A DNA stretch of 64,000 nucleotides, taken from positions 311,488,001 through 311,552,000 of the forward strand of contig CM097883.1 in NCBI GenBank assembly GCA_044892505.1. Reading direction: 5' to 3'. Source of the stretch: Schmidtea nova. Lineage: Eukaryota. Position 1 is the first letter of the stretch. Each line of letters begins with the position of its first letter. This document shows, in pieces, positions 13,101 to 28,100 of the stretch. The notes under the pieces were generated by a model. It worked only from the letters and a program-made list of their open reading frames with translations. It had not been told where the DNA came from and made no database searches. Both the position numbers and the translations under genes were made by a program.

Positions 13101-16100
13101 AAAATTAAATTAAAAAAGACGATAAAAATATAAAGAGTAGTGCCAAAAATTTGTGTTAAATAGGAGAAAAAATAGTTTTTTTCATTTCTTGTCTCAAAAA
13201 CAAAATAAAATGAAATTGAAAAAAGATCAAAGATGAAAAGATTATAATGATTATAAATTATAAGATTATTGATTAAAAATAGTAATATATTATATTTTAT
13301 ATTTTTTAGCTTTTTCACCTTTGATCAAAATTGTTTTTTTCTAGCATACAATAAAACATGAAAATTTATTATTATAAAATTTATATAACGTTTAATATTA
13401 TGCTTTTATAGGTGTATTGCAATAGAAAATAAATTTGTGATCATAAAGTCATTTTATCTATTTTATCATTGCAATAGAAAATAAATAGAAATAAATAGCG
13501 TTCAATTATATTTATTGTTTTAATGCTCATTATAAAATAATAATTGCCTCAAATTTGAAATAAAATTAGGAGTTAAAACTGTTATTCAGAGGAAAAAATT
13601 TAAAAGAATTTGCATAGAAATTTAACCATAGTGAAAGATTTTAAAGAATTTTTGATTATCTAAATGTTCATTTTTTATTTATTATTTATAACTAATAGGT
13701 TAATTGCCATTCGGTTATTGCCATTAAAATATAATTGATAGATTTAAATTAGTGATTAATTAAAATTATTTATAAAAATCGCTAAAATTGAAAAATNNNN
13801 NNNNNNNNNNNNNNNNNNNNNNNNNNNNNNNNNNNNNNNNNNNNNNNNNNNNNNNNNNNNNNNNNNNNNNNNNNNNNNNNNNNNNNNNNNNNNNNNNNNN
13901 NNNNNNNNNNNNNNNNNNNNNNNNNNNNNNNNNNNNNNNNNNNNNNNNNNNNNNNNNNNNNNNNNNNNNNNNNNNNNNNNNNNNNNNNNNNNNNNNNNNN
14001 NNNNNNNNNNNNNNNNNNNNNNNNNCTCCTTTCAATCGCATCATTGTTATTATTTTCTCCATTTTCGGTAAATTTATATTTGTTGCTCTTATATAATTTT
14101 TTCTGATTATTTCACTTTTTATTTGTTTGAAATAATTTTCATGAGCTTTATCAAGGACTGATTGGAGTTTATTCAAATAATTATCACTCTCGGTTAGATT
14201 TTCTAACGTTTCCTGAATTTGGTTCCTTGTTTTTTCGGTTATTGCAATTGTGTTCTCATTTATGATTTTTTGAACATTTTTAAACACCTCATAAGGTTTG
14301 ACCTTGACAACCCGATCATTATTATCCCAAACGTCAACCCGATCATCAATCACAACAACCATGTTGTCACATTGATCAAATTTTTTTCTTAAAGTCTTCA
14401 ATTTATTTTGCTTTTCTATGACTTCCCTAGTATTTATTCTTTTGTTGAAGAATTTATTATCGGGATCTATTAATTCCATAACGGATCCGATATACGACTT
14501 CTCTCCTAAACTCATCGCATGCAATTCATATTTTTCCGACATTTTTGTTAGAAATTCATTGAGATGAGGTCTTAATTTGATGTAAAAGCCTTCATGCGAG
14601 GATTCCTTGGATAATTTCTTGTAATGAATATCATTCAACTTGTCATGCTTCACTGAATGATACACAAATAGAGAATGGACTAAGGTTTCATCGATGTCAC
14701 AGACAAGTATTAATTTTTGTGATTTTAACAGATTTTGACAGTAATAATTTGAATATATCATAATTGTTTGTTTTATCTATTAAATAATACAAGTTAAAAT
14801 AGTATCATTTTACAAATTTTAAAAAATTTCTTAAAATTTAATTGGTAGAAAATAATTTAAATTAATTTTTTCTATAGATAACATAACAAACATGAAACTG
14901 AAATATTTAAAAAGAAACGCCAATTTAAAATTATATTCTATACAATATATTACAAGAACCTTCTTCTCATAATCAGGTGTTTTTCAGTCAACCATTCCAA
15001 TATGAATAAAATAAATCGATTTTAAACAATTTAATCATTTTTTTAAAAAAACTTAATATAAAATTTTATAAAATAATCACAACTTTTAAAACGATAAAAT
15101 TATTTTAGAGTTTATATAAAGTAATCTTAAAATTCCTTAAGGTTATTGTCCTCATGTAAAGGTCCTGTGCCACGTTTATTTGACGATTGTTATCCGAGGT
15201 CACAACTAATTTATCATTTTACTTTTTTTACCAGAAGCAGGGGTTTTCAACCTTTTATAAAATCTAAAATCTCTCCACGTTTCATGTTTTAGGTTTTCTC
15301 TCTGAGAAACCCACAAGAATAAGCAAACTATTATTCTAGAAGGGTTTTAAAACAAAGTAGTAAATGAAAGAGAAAAAAATATAAACGATTTATTTTTATA
15401 CTTTACTTATACTATAATAATGCATGATTAAATTCCGTAGAGCCTATTATTAAATGAAACTAAAAAAGCCATTCAAAAACGTCCATCTACTGCAAGTGTC
15501 GTGAGCCGTGTTGATTCTGGTCTCAGTAATAAAAAGAAAGCCAGGTAAATATTATCATTTACTATATTTGTGTAGATAATAGAAATTTCAGAGTTGGAAG
15601 AGATCAAGTATTGATAAATAGCCCTTATATACAGATTCCGAATAGAAATATACATGATAAGCGAGTATCTCCTAGAATTGTCAAACAAGATCCTAATCCA
15701 CTTGTAGTCCGACAACAGGAATTGAATAATAAATTCANNNNNNNNNNNNNNNNNNNNNNNNNNNNNNNNNNNNNNNNNNNNNNNNNNNNNNNNNNNNNNN
15801 NNNNNNNNNNNNNNNNNNNNNNNNNNNNNNNNNNNNNNNNNNNNNNNNNNNNNNNNNNNNNNNNNNNNNNNNNNNNNNNNNNNNNNNNNNNNNNNNNNNN
15901 NNNNNNNNNNNNNNNNNNNNNNNNNNNNNNNNNNNNNNNNNNNNNNNNNNNNNNNNNNNNNNNNNNNNNNNNNNNNNNNNNNNNNNNNNNNNNNNNNNNN
16001 NNNNNNNNNNNNNNNNNNNNNNNNNNNNNNNNNNNNNNNNNNNNNNNNNNNNNNNNNNNNNNNNNNNNNNNNNNNNNNNNNNNNNNNNNNNNNNNNNNNN

Positions 16101-19100
16101 NNNNNNNNNNNNNNNNNNNNNNNNNNNNNNNNNNNNNNNNNNNNNNNNNNNNNNNNNNNNNNNNNNNNNNNNNNNNNNNNNNNNNNNNNNNNNNNNNNNN
16201 NNNNNNNNNNNNNNNNNNNNNNNNNNNNNNNNNNNNNNNNNNNNNNNNNNNNNNNNNNNNNNNNNNNNNNNNNNNNNNNNNNNNNNNNNNNNNNNNNNNN
16301 NNNNNNNNNNNNNNNNNNNNNNNNNNNNNNNNNNNNNNNNNNNNNNNNNNNNNNNNNNNNNNNNNNNNNNNNNNNNNNNNNNNNNNNNNNNNNNNNNNNN
16401 NNNNNNNNNNNNNNNNNNNNNNNNNNNNNNNNNNNNNNNNNNNNNNNNNNNNNNNNNNTTTTATTTATGATTTTGTTTACTTGCATTCTTTCAGACTATA
16501 ATAAATATATGGATAAATATATACGCTGAAAGAAAGTTACAGTTTTGATTTGTTCTTCTTTCTCAAACAACAAGCTTCCGATAGTAAACCGATAAAAATA
16601 ATTCAACTGGAAATAAAAATCATCTTAATATTGTAATATAAGGTATACTAGCGGTGCATGGAGTATGGGAATTTTAAATGTCTCTCAATTTCTTCAATGA
16701 AAATAGAGACAGTATGTGAAACAGCATATACATCATTATTATATATTTTTGACATTAATTATTAAATTATATTTCTACTTGTTTAACCTGCACCCGGGTA
16801 GCCTTATTATTGTTAATATTTGCTGAAAGTAATTTGAGTACATGAACTTATAAATTAATTATATAATTCAGTTTAATTTTAAATTAAATAAAAATTCAGT
16901 TTATTTTTATATATTTACCTTTTTTCCAATTTTACCTGATTAATATTGTCAATGGTATTTATAACATGGCTCGTGATTGTGATTATATTCTCAATTCAAT
17001 ATGACAAAAATATCATTTTATATTATCATTTTATTATGTGATGTCTTTTATAAATTTCTACAGTAGATATCCTTAAAAACAAATTTGACCTTTGCAAATA
17101 TTGTCAAATTAATGAATTAATGAAGATTTTCAGTTAATTTANNNNNNNNNNNNNNNNNNNNNNNNNNNNNNNNNNNNNNNNNNNNNNNNNNNNNNNNNNN
17201 NNNNNNNNNNNNNNNNNNNNNNNNNNNNNNNNNNNNNNNNNNNNNNNNNNNNNNNNNNNNNNNNNNNNNNNNNNNNNNNNNNNNNNNNNNNNNNNNNNNN
17301 NNNNNNNNNNNNNNNNNNNNNNNNNAATTCTAAATGTTAATGTATTCTATCAAGTGTACTAATTAAAATCTAATTAATATTATTTGCCATCTACTAGAAC
17401 TTTATTTTTAATAGACACAATACAATGCATTGTATTCTTTTTCACCTACTTTCTTACTAAAAGGCTAATTTAATAATTATAATTAATTTTAAATACAAAC
17501 TGATAATTATTTAAGCTTGTATTATAATTAAATCAGTATTAGTTAAACCATAGTGAATCATAAAATTATAAAATTTAATTATAATTGTTTGGAATTTATG
17601 TTAGCTTAATATTAATATTATTTTAGTCTGATATGATCAATTTGGATAGAGAAAACGGTTGGAAGAACGTTCTTTCTTCTGACGATTCCANNNNNNNNNN
17701 NNNNNNNNNNNNNNNNNNNNNNNNNNNNNNNNNNNNNNNNNNNNNNNNNNNNNNNNNNNNNNNNNNNNNNNNNNNNNNNNNNNNNNNNNNNNNNNNNNNN
17801 NNNNNNNNNNNNNNNNNNNNNNNNNNNNNNNNNNNNNNNNNNNNNNNNNNNNNNNNNNNNNNNNNNNNNNNNNNNNNNNNNNNNNNNNNNNNNNNNNNNN
17901 NNNNNNNNNNNNNNNNNNNNNNNNNNNNNNNNNNNNNNNNNNNNNNNNNNNNNNNNNNNNNNNNNNNNNNNNNNNNNNNGGGTTCACGGGCTTGAGCCCC
18001 CCCAAGACCTTAAAAAATCATTAAATTTATTGTGACGTTTGCCAAATTTAAAAGTTATTTCTGTTCCAACAAGTACAAATGAAACATCATTTTCAACTTT
18101 GCAAAGGCTACAAAATTATTTGCGCTCCACAATAGATGAAAACCGATTAAATGGTTTGGCTTTGTTTAAGAAGTTAACTTAAATGTAGAGGATAATCTAA
18201 ATGAATTGGAAAACAAAAGCATAAAATGTAAATGAATCTCAATTTTATTATTTGTATTCTTTATCGCATATTGAAATTAATCAAAATAATCAAAATACTT
18301 CCAAATATGTGTATGAATTTAGCCCACTTCCTATCCGAAATGAATATAAAAATACCTAATATTTTATTTTAATTATGTATTATATATTTAAAATATTTAA
18401 AATAAACTCTACCCTTAAAACCAAAATTTCTGAAGTTGAGTCCCCCTAGCGAAAACACTGGGTGCGTACCTGATTGCCATCATTGCTATTATTACTATTA
18501 TTGGATATTTTAGTCAAAATTGAATGCTAAGCTTAATGCATATGGAGTGACTCCTCCTGCTGCAATCAAACAAAAAGTTAACTCACCAGCATATGACCGT
18601 TATTATGCCGAACTTGATCGAATCAAAGAACAACAAGTTTTAAGAGAAAATGAAGGAAGAGCTTTAATGCAACAAATGATGAAACAAAATGGTTTGTTTT
18701 AATTATTGTATTATTTATTTTTTGTATTTCTTCGTAAAACTGTCATTGCTTAAATCACTGGCTCAATTTTACTATGAATCTATAGTTATCTTTATTAACA
18801 ATATGCTTTTGCGCAGCAGCTTTATGACTACGAATTTTATTTCCTAACCATTAAAGATAGCTGCAAATCCTGCAAACATCAGTGATTTCCCCTTGGGTGT
18901 CATAAATGTATTCGTAAACATTTCAACAAATGGGATCCAATAAAAGAGTGAATCTATGTGATAGTCCTTAAAACATCCATTCCTGCCTAATTTAACATCG
19001 AATTCCGTCATTGATAGGAATCATGTTTTTATATTTGACAAAACTTGTTTGTTTTATTGCACATATTTTGTTGTTGCCGTTGTGGAAAATTATCATGAGA

Positions 19101-22100
19101 AATAGTCTACTATAAGATCTTGAAATCGGTGTATCCTATTAGAGTTTTTCAGTGTTTAGTTATGAGCATTCATTCATGGCGGAGGATTAGCGTTACAGGT
19201 ATAATAGAGGCGGAGGTATGAAAATTTGAAATTTTCGTGTACGTAATACTTACATAGATGGTTTCTTATTAAAAAAAAGTCTGATAGAAATAGGTTGTCA
19301 CTCTTAGATTAGTTCAACTAATAATTATATCATCACTAAAATCACATACGAGTTAACTTGAATTTCATTTAGTGCTAAAACAACACTATAACACATTGTG
19401 TTATGCGTTACATTGCTTATCTTACTTTAGTTATAACAAATACTTAAAGTTTTCAATATATATTTTTGGGTTTTGTGGACTTTTTTAAACTCTTTTTTAA
19501 CATTTAAACATGGAGAGTTAAAATCACACTTTTTCGCAGAGAATGTTACTTTTTATCTTTTTTCCGATTTAATTATTTTCCAGTTTTTTCAGACAATAGA
19601 TCAAAAAAATTGTTTTCTATTCACCACACAAAATTTTGCCACTGCCTTGTCACAGTACCAAAATGTCATGTTGAATAGGAGAGAAAACAATTTTGATCTA
19701 TTGTCCAAAAAATAAAAATAAATGTAATTACTTTTTGATTTCTCATGATAGTTCAGTCAGACTGGTGAAAATCATTTTTTGAAAGTGAAGATCAAAATGT
19801 AAAAATAAGAGAGCTTTATAAAAGATTTTTTCTAAATTACAAATATAGGGAGAGAGGATTTTTTCACAACCTAATGCCGAATGGATAGAAATAACTATTG
19901 ATGTCATTTTTATTTTATTTCAAGATAATAAGCCTTCTGACGGTAAAGTAATGAAAATTGGTGGAGATGGATTATATCGAAAAGTTGATGCGTCAAAACC
20001 ATACGAGGAACGAAACAGGATGAATGAATTAGCTAAAATTCATGGAAAGATTGGAGCTAATGCGGCAGATCAAGCGGTTATTCAAGAATTTATTGAACGC
20101 AAAAGACAAGCGAAAAATATCAAAAACCGTAACGGTTCTGGAATGGCTTTTTTGATGGGAGGACCACAGTTTTATGGTAAATTTTATTTACATGTTTAAT
20201 ATGAATACATGAGATATTTTTTGACCGTGACTGGTGAAGGTCTTTTTGTTCAATTTGGTCTTTTCATTTTGGCATTCCTTTTCTAAAAGTCTAATTCAGT
20301 GTTTTTCTTAGTGGCTTAACTTATCTTCACTATAATTTCTCCAATTAATATGTAAATAGGCATCTTATAACTGCTTAAACTATGTAAATAATGCAACAAC
20401 ACTTTATCAATATGTAATTACACATGTTTTCGTACATTAAAAGTTTCTATAATATAAATAATAAATTACCAATAGCAAATGAAAACTTACCTTGATGTTA
20501 AATTTTGATTTTCCGTAGTTTAAAAGATTTATTATATGACAGACAATCTGTAAAAAAAATAAATTATACATACAAACATAACACAAAATGAAAATTGCAT
20601 GCAAACTTTTAAGAGTATATTTTATTACGCGATTAAAAGGCCTATAATAAATTTATTTATTTTTAAAATATGCTTTTGGCTTAATATTTGAAATATTTCC
20701 TAATGGAGTTGTCGAGAAAATGAATAAATTACATCGTAAGTTTAATTTATTTAATTTTAATATAAAATTTCATATATTTCCGAAAATTATTTTGCAAAAT
20801 ATTTCCGTTTTTAGTAGCCAAAATAATAACCCCGTCTAATTATTTTTAAATTATAGACAATTTAACATATTTACACTGCAATTTAGATCATTTTGAAGTC
20901 TTAAATAAAAATTAAATTCTTGAAATTAAAATTAAACTTAATTAAATTATTTCTCGGAATGTCCAAAAAATATTTCAGAAATAAATAGAAAATTTTTATT
21001 CAATAACTATTATAATAAATCTTAGTTAAAAATGATTTTTCAACTTACGTTTAATGTAATTAATTCCAAATACATATTTAAAAAATTCATGATTTCCTAG
21101 AAAGTATTTAAAAATTAAATAATAAAATTGTAGAACAAAGATAATAGAAATATTCGGAGACTGATTTATCTCATTAATAAACTATTTTTGAAAAATATTT
21201 TTTACTTAGGGGTCATTGCATAATTACGTCACGCCAAAAATGACCATTTTGAACGACCCACCCACTCTGTCACTCTTGGTCACATTTCCTTAGACCCACC
21301 CATCCCCAATCATGACGTCATTTTATTGTTCACGAAATGGGGGTAGCCTAGTGGTACCATAAGCCATTCAAAATTGAAATTTACGGACAGCTGAAACAGG
21401 TTAAACAAATTTAATGATTCAAACAACAAGTAAAACGAACTTATGGATCTTAAAATTATTTCGAGCACTTCATTTAAAATACTTAAGCAAGATCAGTTTT
21501 AAAATGTTTAAAAATCGTAGCAGTGGATCAAGTAATATTAATTTAATTAACTGGTTTTTCGAGTTCAGTAATCCATGGAGAATTACCACGTTGTTCCGAA
21601 GGTAAAACTAGAAAAGATCCAAATAGTTCAAACAGAAGTTTCTGGTTTATACAATCGGGTGAACAGACATGTTTCACCTGCAGCTGCGCATAATTTTTTG
21701 TATTTTTCTTTTTTTTTCAAACAAGATTTTTGTGCTCGAGAACGGTTAAGTCGAAGAGTTTGAATAGCTTGTTGAATTTTCTTTTTGCTAGTCTCCAAGT
21801 TCTTCAATTCCTTTCCTAGAGCTTCTGAATCACCTAAACCTTTCTGTTGCTTTAATACAAGGAATGATATGTTGGCATTTACTTCATCCAAACGTTTTTG
21901 TTCTCGGATTTCTGCTAGTGTATGACGTTGTATGTCTTCCGACAAATTCCGTTTTTCAGCCTCATTTATACTCGATTCACTGGTGGTGATTTTCGATTCG
22001 TTGACAACTGAAGTATGGCTGATTGTTTCGTCCATAACTGTCGGCGACAACAGTCTGCCATCAGATGATTCAACAGACACAGATGGAATCTCCTGCAATA

Positions 22101-25100
22101 ATGTTTTCTTTGCTGGAATGTTTACCCAATAACTCAGATTCTTTACTTTTCTTTTTGCTACAACCATTCTTAATTCGTTCAATTTCGTTTGACATGTAGA
22201 TAGATCTGATTTTAATTCGTTCCATAAAGCCTGCGCCTGTGTCAGCTGATCGTGCTTCGATTTGTCAGGATGTGCAAGAGCATACGTATTCACTAGATCT
22301 TGGTACAGATATGGCATATTATTAACTTTACTTTTCTTGAACATGTCTATGGTCATCCAAATATTAAAAAGTTTTATTTAATATTCTTATTAATCTAAAA
22401 TTACCTCTGTCAGACACAAATGTAAAATAATGTTGAATTTTAAAATTTTGCTGAGTATAAAATGAAACAAAAGACATTTTTTAAAATTATATTTGTAATT
22501 TCAATAAATCCATTTAAAATGGATTTATTGAAATTACAAATATAATTTTAAAAAATGTCTTTTGTTTCATTTTATACACAGCAAAATTTTAAAATTCAAC
22601 ATTATTTTACATTTGTGTCTGACAGAGGTAATTTTAGATTTCTATCACAACATGTACAAAGAATAAAACCTATCTATGCATAGGAGATATAATTGAAGGG
22701 CTTGGAATAATTTAACTGGTGTCCCATGGAGTTTGCTACAGTTTTAATAGATTGCTACACAGTATTAAATTTTGTGGGTAGCAGTTATCAGTGATCGCGA
22801 TTCACTCTTAGACACTTTTCACATGAAAATATTTTGTGTATGCATTGAATTTTAAGTTTTTGACATTTTGAATAGTAATTTATGGATTATCTTCCTGCAT
22901 CAAATAAAATATTGTGTTTATTGTTTGTTGGATAGCCTTTAATAGACAAATAGAACTAAAATGTAAAAACAGATGTTTCTTGTAAGACTATTGCAGCCTC
23001 AGCTGCTGCTATGCTATTTATGCGCTGGATGCATTTATACACTGTATGCATGCATTCCTGCTGGAATATGATACATTGTATTAATCTGTTCTCTAGCCTG
23101 CCATGCAGGGAGCTTGCTGTAGCAGCTTTGTTAGTCATAGTTGTCCAGTCAAAATATCAGCATCACTGTAGCAGAGGAAGATTGTTGCAATTAGAACTCT
23201 TTTGGTCTAACCGGTCCATTATAAAATACAACTAGAAGTTACGTCACGTTCAGCTCAACTCACCCACCCACCCACGTCACGTTTCGTCACATTTCAGAGA
23301 TAAATATAAAATTTTTATTTAATAATAATTCTTATAATAAATCTTAGTTCAAAATCAATTTTTAAATTACTTTTAATGTAAATAAAAAGATAAAATAAAA
23401 ATAAAATAGTAGAACAAAGGTAATCTTTCAAAGTTTGTATAATGATCTCATATCATTATGACATAAAAATAAAAGCTTTAAAAGACATTTTTATAGAAAT
23501 ATTTACCTGATAGCCATTTTAAAAAATGATTAAATAATCTTTAACAAAATATAATTATGAGTCACACATAGGTGTACACACCTACTAGTATTATAGTTAC
23601 TCTTAAACTATGAAAACATGTGTATAAATAAAGTGAACAGCATTTTCAATTATTTAGGAGTTGTGTTATTTCAATAATATAATAATCACAATGACGATGA
23701 GTTGTATATACATATATAGGTCGTTTATTTTTAAAATGGGGCAAGTCCATTTTTTATTATAACGATATATTAAAAAGTTTTTATTCATATTAATTTAAAA
23801 ATAATGATAAGCTTTAGCAGCCAACTTTTTTATATTTTGTAGTTATCGATAATGTAAATTTATCCAGTAATGTTTATTAAAGATATCTGAAGAAAGTAAA
23901 AATTCGGATATACCTAAATGAACTTTTTCCACTTTAAAATAGACGGCTCAATCAATGTTAGGGTAATCACAGCTAGTCGAGATATATTTTGGGTTCATCG
24001 TGTGTCAGATCATTAAACAAGAATCATTTGAGATAAATAACATTTAGGTGTGACATTTTTTCATAAAAAAATCTTAATTTAAAAAAAATATAAATGAAAA
24101 AATGCTTTTATAAATAATAAAAACAGCAAATTTTTGTTGAAATTTACATATTAAAATTTATTTCAAATCTTTAGGTGAACAATCTCCTGTTCCAAGACAA
24201 ACTCCTCGAAGTATTGAAGAAGAGGTATGATATGGAATTGTTTTATTATAGAATATTATGTCGGGTCAGGCTTTTAAGTATTGTGACACTAAAATATTTT
24301 AGGGTGTCTAGTTTTTAAATACACTAAAACATTTGTTTGTGTACCACGATTGATCTAAAATTTTCATACTTTCATTTTTTTCTGACAAATTTTTATGGAA
24401 TTTTTCAATTCCAATGTTTAGTGAGTCGCGAGAAAATATTTAAAATATTTTGCAACCAGAAATGTACAGAATAAAATTATATATTCAAAGAATATTATTA
24501 TTGCTATTTAGTTGCTTTGTATTGATTTTCAAAAAAATGTTATTCTATTAAGGAATACACACTTGATAAAGGCTGTGCCGAAATATCTTGTACCTAACAA
24601 TAAAAAAAACTTGATCTACATGCTTGCAATTATTAATATGAAAATTATTAATTTAAATAAAAAGATATCAAGGGTGAAACCAAAAGATAATTATGAAAGC
24701 ATATTTTTATTTAATAGATGATAAAATATCTAAATTCACTATGAATGAATGAACTTTAGAAGTATATGGAGTTGAATAAGTTGGTAGTTATTTATGTTTT
24801 GAATACAATAAATGCCGGGAAAATGTTTATTAGATATTTAAACAGGGTTGGCCAACCCGCGGCACATTGCAAGAAAATTTGCGGCTCACGAAACAGTTTA
24901 TAAATATTTTTTTAAAAAATCAACAAACAATTAAAGAAAGATATATATGACTGAACATAATTTTTAGTGTAAATTAAAATGTTATTTTATTTTCCCTTCA
25001 TTTAACTTATCCAAAAAAAATATCAGTACTCTTTTTTAGTAACTTCGATCAAATATTAACAAATGATACAGGTTCATAAAAATTAAAAATTTATTGTAAT

Positions 25101-28100
25101 GTATTATAATAAAGAAATTATTTAAATTTTATTTAAAAAACTGTTTTGTGGATTTTTTCAGGCTCATGAAATTTTCGATGTTTTAATTTTGACTCTTCAT
25201 TTGATTTAGGTTGTCCAGGCCTGCTTTTAAACATTAAATAGCAATTAGTTATTTGTTGATTGTTAATACGAATTATTATAAAAACAAGTGTCATAAATTT
25301 ATTTCACAAAAATATATAATAAGAATTCCACTGGGCGAGGAGTATCTAAAATAATATTATTATGAGCAATGTAAACGCCATACAATATACATATAGTTTG
25401 AAATAATTTTATATTTAGGTCACATTATTATTTATTATTTAATAAACTAGACATTATTGTCGTATAATTGACATAATAATATCTCATACGAATAAAATGT
25501 ACGTTTTCTATTAATTTGAAATTTATGTGACTAAGAAATAAATTCTTGTATGTTACGTTATTTTGTAAATAAATGCTTCATTTAAATTATGCAGCTAGAT
25601 TTATATTTCTTAAATAAATGTATTAAATTAAAAAATGTTATTTATAAAGCAATATTTTTATTCAGCTTCTTTCCACCTATTTATTATTGAGCTGGGTGGC
25701 GAAAATAGCAATTTTTAAAAGTGGACCTCGATCAAATTATTTTTGGGAACTGCTGCTCAAATTTATGACCGAAATTAACTTCTTAATTTAACATTTATGG
25801 TAATCTTTTACTTTACCGGTCCCGTATACGTAGTCTATGGGAACACACCTATTTTACTTTACCGGTCCCACATAAAAATATATTATCTTAATAATTTCTA
25901 TGCTAATTTATATTTTAACNNNNNNNNNNNNNNNNNNNNNNNNNNNNNNNNNNNNNNNNNNNNNNNNNNNNNNNNNNNNNNNNNNNNNNNNNNNNNNNNN
26001 NNNNNNNNNNNNNNNNNNNNNNNNNNNNNNNNNNNNNNNNNNNNNNNNNNNNNNNNNNNNNNNNNNNNNNNNNNNNNNNNNNNNNNNNNNNNNNNNNNNN
26101 NNNNNNNNNNNNNNNNNNNNNNNNNNNNNNNNNNNNNNNNNNNNNNNNNNNNNNNNNNNNNNNNNNNNNNNNNNNNNNNNNNNNNNNNNNNNNNNNNNNN
26201 NNNNNNNNNNNNNNNNNNNNNNNNNNNNNNNNNNNNNNNNNNNNNNNNNNNNNNNNNNNNNNNNNNNNNNNNNNNNNNNNNNNNNNNNNNNNNTGTATTT
26301 GACAATCTTTTGACTGATGTTGTTAATTGGTATGTTGTTTGAATCATTCAAAATTATATTGGATTACTTTGAATTTCGGCACCTGTAAAGTAAAAGATTA
26401 CCAACATTTATTTTAATTCAAATTGATTATTCTAATATTTTTGAACATCTTCAAAGCCCTATTACCTTTTCCTCTAAATTTATAAATAAACATAAATTTC
26501 TAGTATATAATTATGTCTTCATTTTACCTAAACATCTACATTGTAGACTGCTGAAAGACTGAACAAAATCAGACAAAAAAACTTTGAAATAAGACAAGGC
26601 ATGGGGTTTGAAGATTTTGTAAAAAAATCTGATATTGAAGGCAATGGAAACTTTGAGGTAGTGTTTTAATATATGAAATCTCTAATGTATTTCTATAGAA
26701 TTACAATCAAATTGAAGCTCGTAAAGCTTTGGAAGAACTGAAAGTAAGAACAGAATTTTTTTACAAATCTAAATTTTTATTAGATTAGTTCAGTTATTTA
26801 CATCTTTTTTTCATCTTTGATCTTTTGTTTTTTATTTTAGGAAATCTTTTTATTCTTTTAACAGACTATAGATCAAATTTTTTTAAAAACACACAAATTT
26901 TCGGCACTGCCTTTTTCAATTGTGTCGCGCAGTTATTAATATTTTTTGAGAAATAAATTGTTTCTTTTTTAAACTAAATTAAACTTTTAAACTAAAAACA
27001 AATCTGACAATGAAGAACTTTTTTAAATAAATTTATTGTTTTTGTGTTAGGCAAGTGATTATTATAAAAATTAAAATGTACTAAAATTCGAGAGCAAATC
27101 AATTCAAAATTTAAAAAGAAATATTTTCTTGGGTAGGGGAGGTATGAGCAATTTTAAATATGAAAATAATAATTTTAAAACGATGAAGGGGGAGAGGAGT
27201 TCACAGAAAATGTACGTGGTGCGCCCAATGAGTCGTGAGACTAAAATAGAAAGACTTTAGATATCAACACAAAACTTTGTATTTAGAACAAGCATGGTAA
27301 ATAGGCATCATTTCTCAAAATAATTTCCTTCTGCACTGACACAATTTTCCCAGCGAATAACGAGGTTTTCGAAGGTGTTTTTGAAGAATTCTGGAGGCTT
27401 TTCTCCCAGAAAACTCTCCACGGCTGCTCTCATATCTTGTTTGTTGGCAAACACCTGGCCGCGCAGATGCTTCTTAAGATGGTTAAACAGGAAAAAATCG
27501 GAGAGAGCTAAATCGGGGCTTTATGGTGGATGGGGAAGCAAATTGAGCCCGTAACGCTCAATTTTGGCCATGGAAACGCTGCTGGTGTGGATGGGAGCAT
27601 TATCGTGAAAAAAATAGAGATCACACACTCTGCTCTTGCGTCGTGCCTTCCTTGCTTGCTGCACGATGTTGGAGTAGTAAGAACTATTGATCTTCACGCC
27701 GGATTCAGCAAAGTCAGTCAGAATAATGCCATTGGCGTCCCAAAACACCGTCAACAAGAGAGCCTTTCGGTGGCAAGTTGAGGGCCGCATTTTCAGTGAG
27801 CTGCTTTCTCCTGGCAGTTTCCATTCTTGAGACTCTCTTTTAGATTCGGGGACACAAAGGAACAACGGTTTCTCGTCCACAGTGATGATATTATCAATGA
27901 AACGGTCTCCAACATTGGTCCTGATCTGCAGATTCTCCAAGCAGCATTCTAAGCGTCGTTGTCGCATTTCCACCGTTAAGAAGCGTGGCACAAAACGGGA
28001 ACATAGTTTTCGAATACCACTTTCAGTGAGGAGAGTATGCATAGTGCCTTTGCTCACATTTAGACGGGTTGTGAGCTCTCACGTCGTTATTTTTCTCTCG

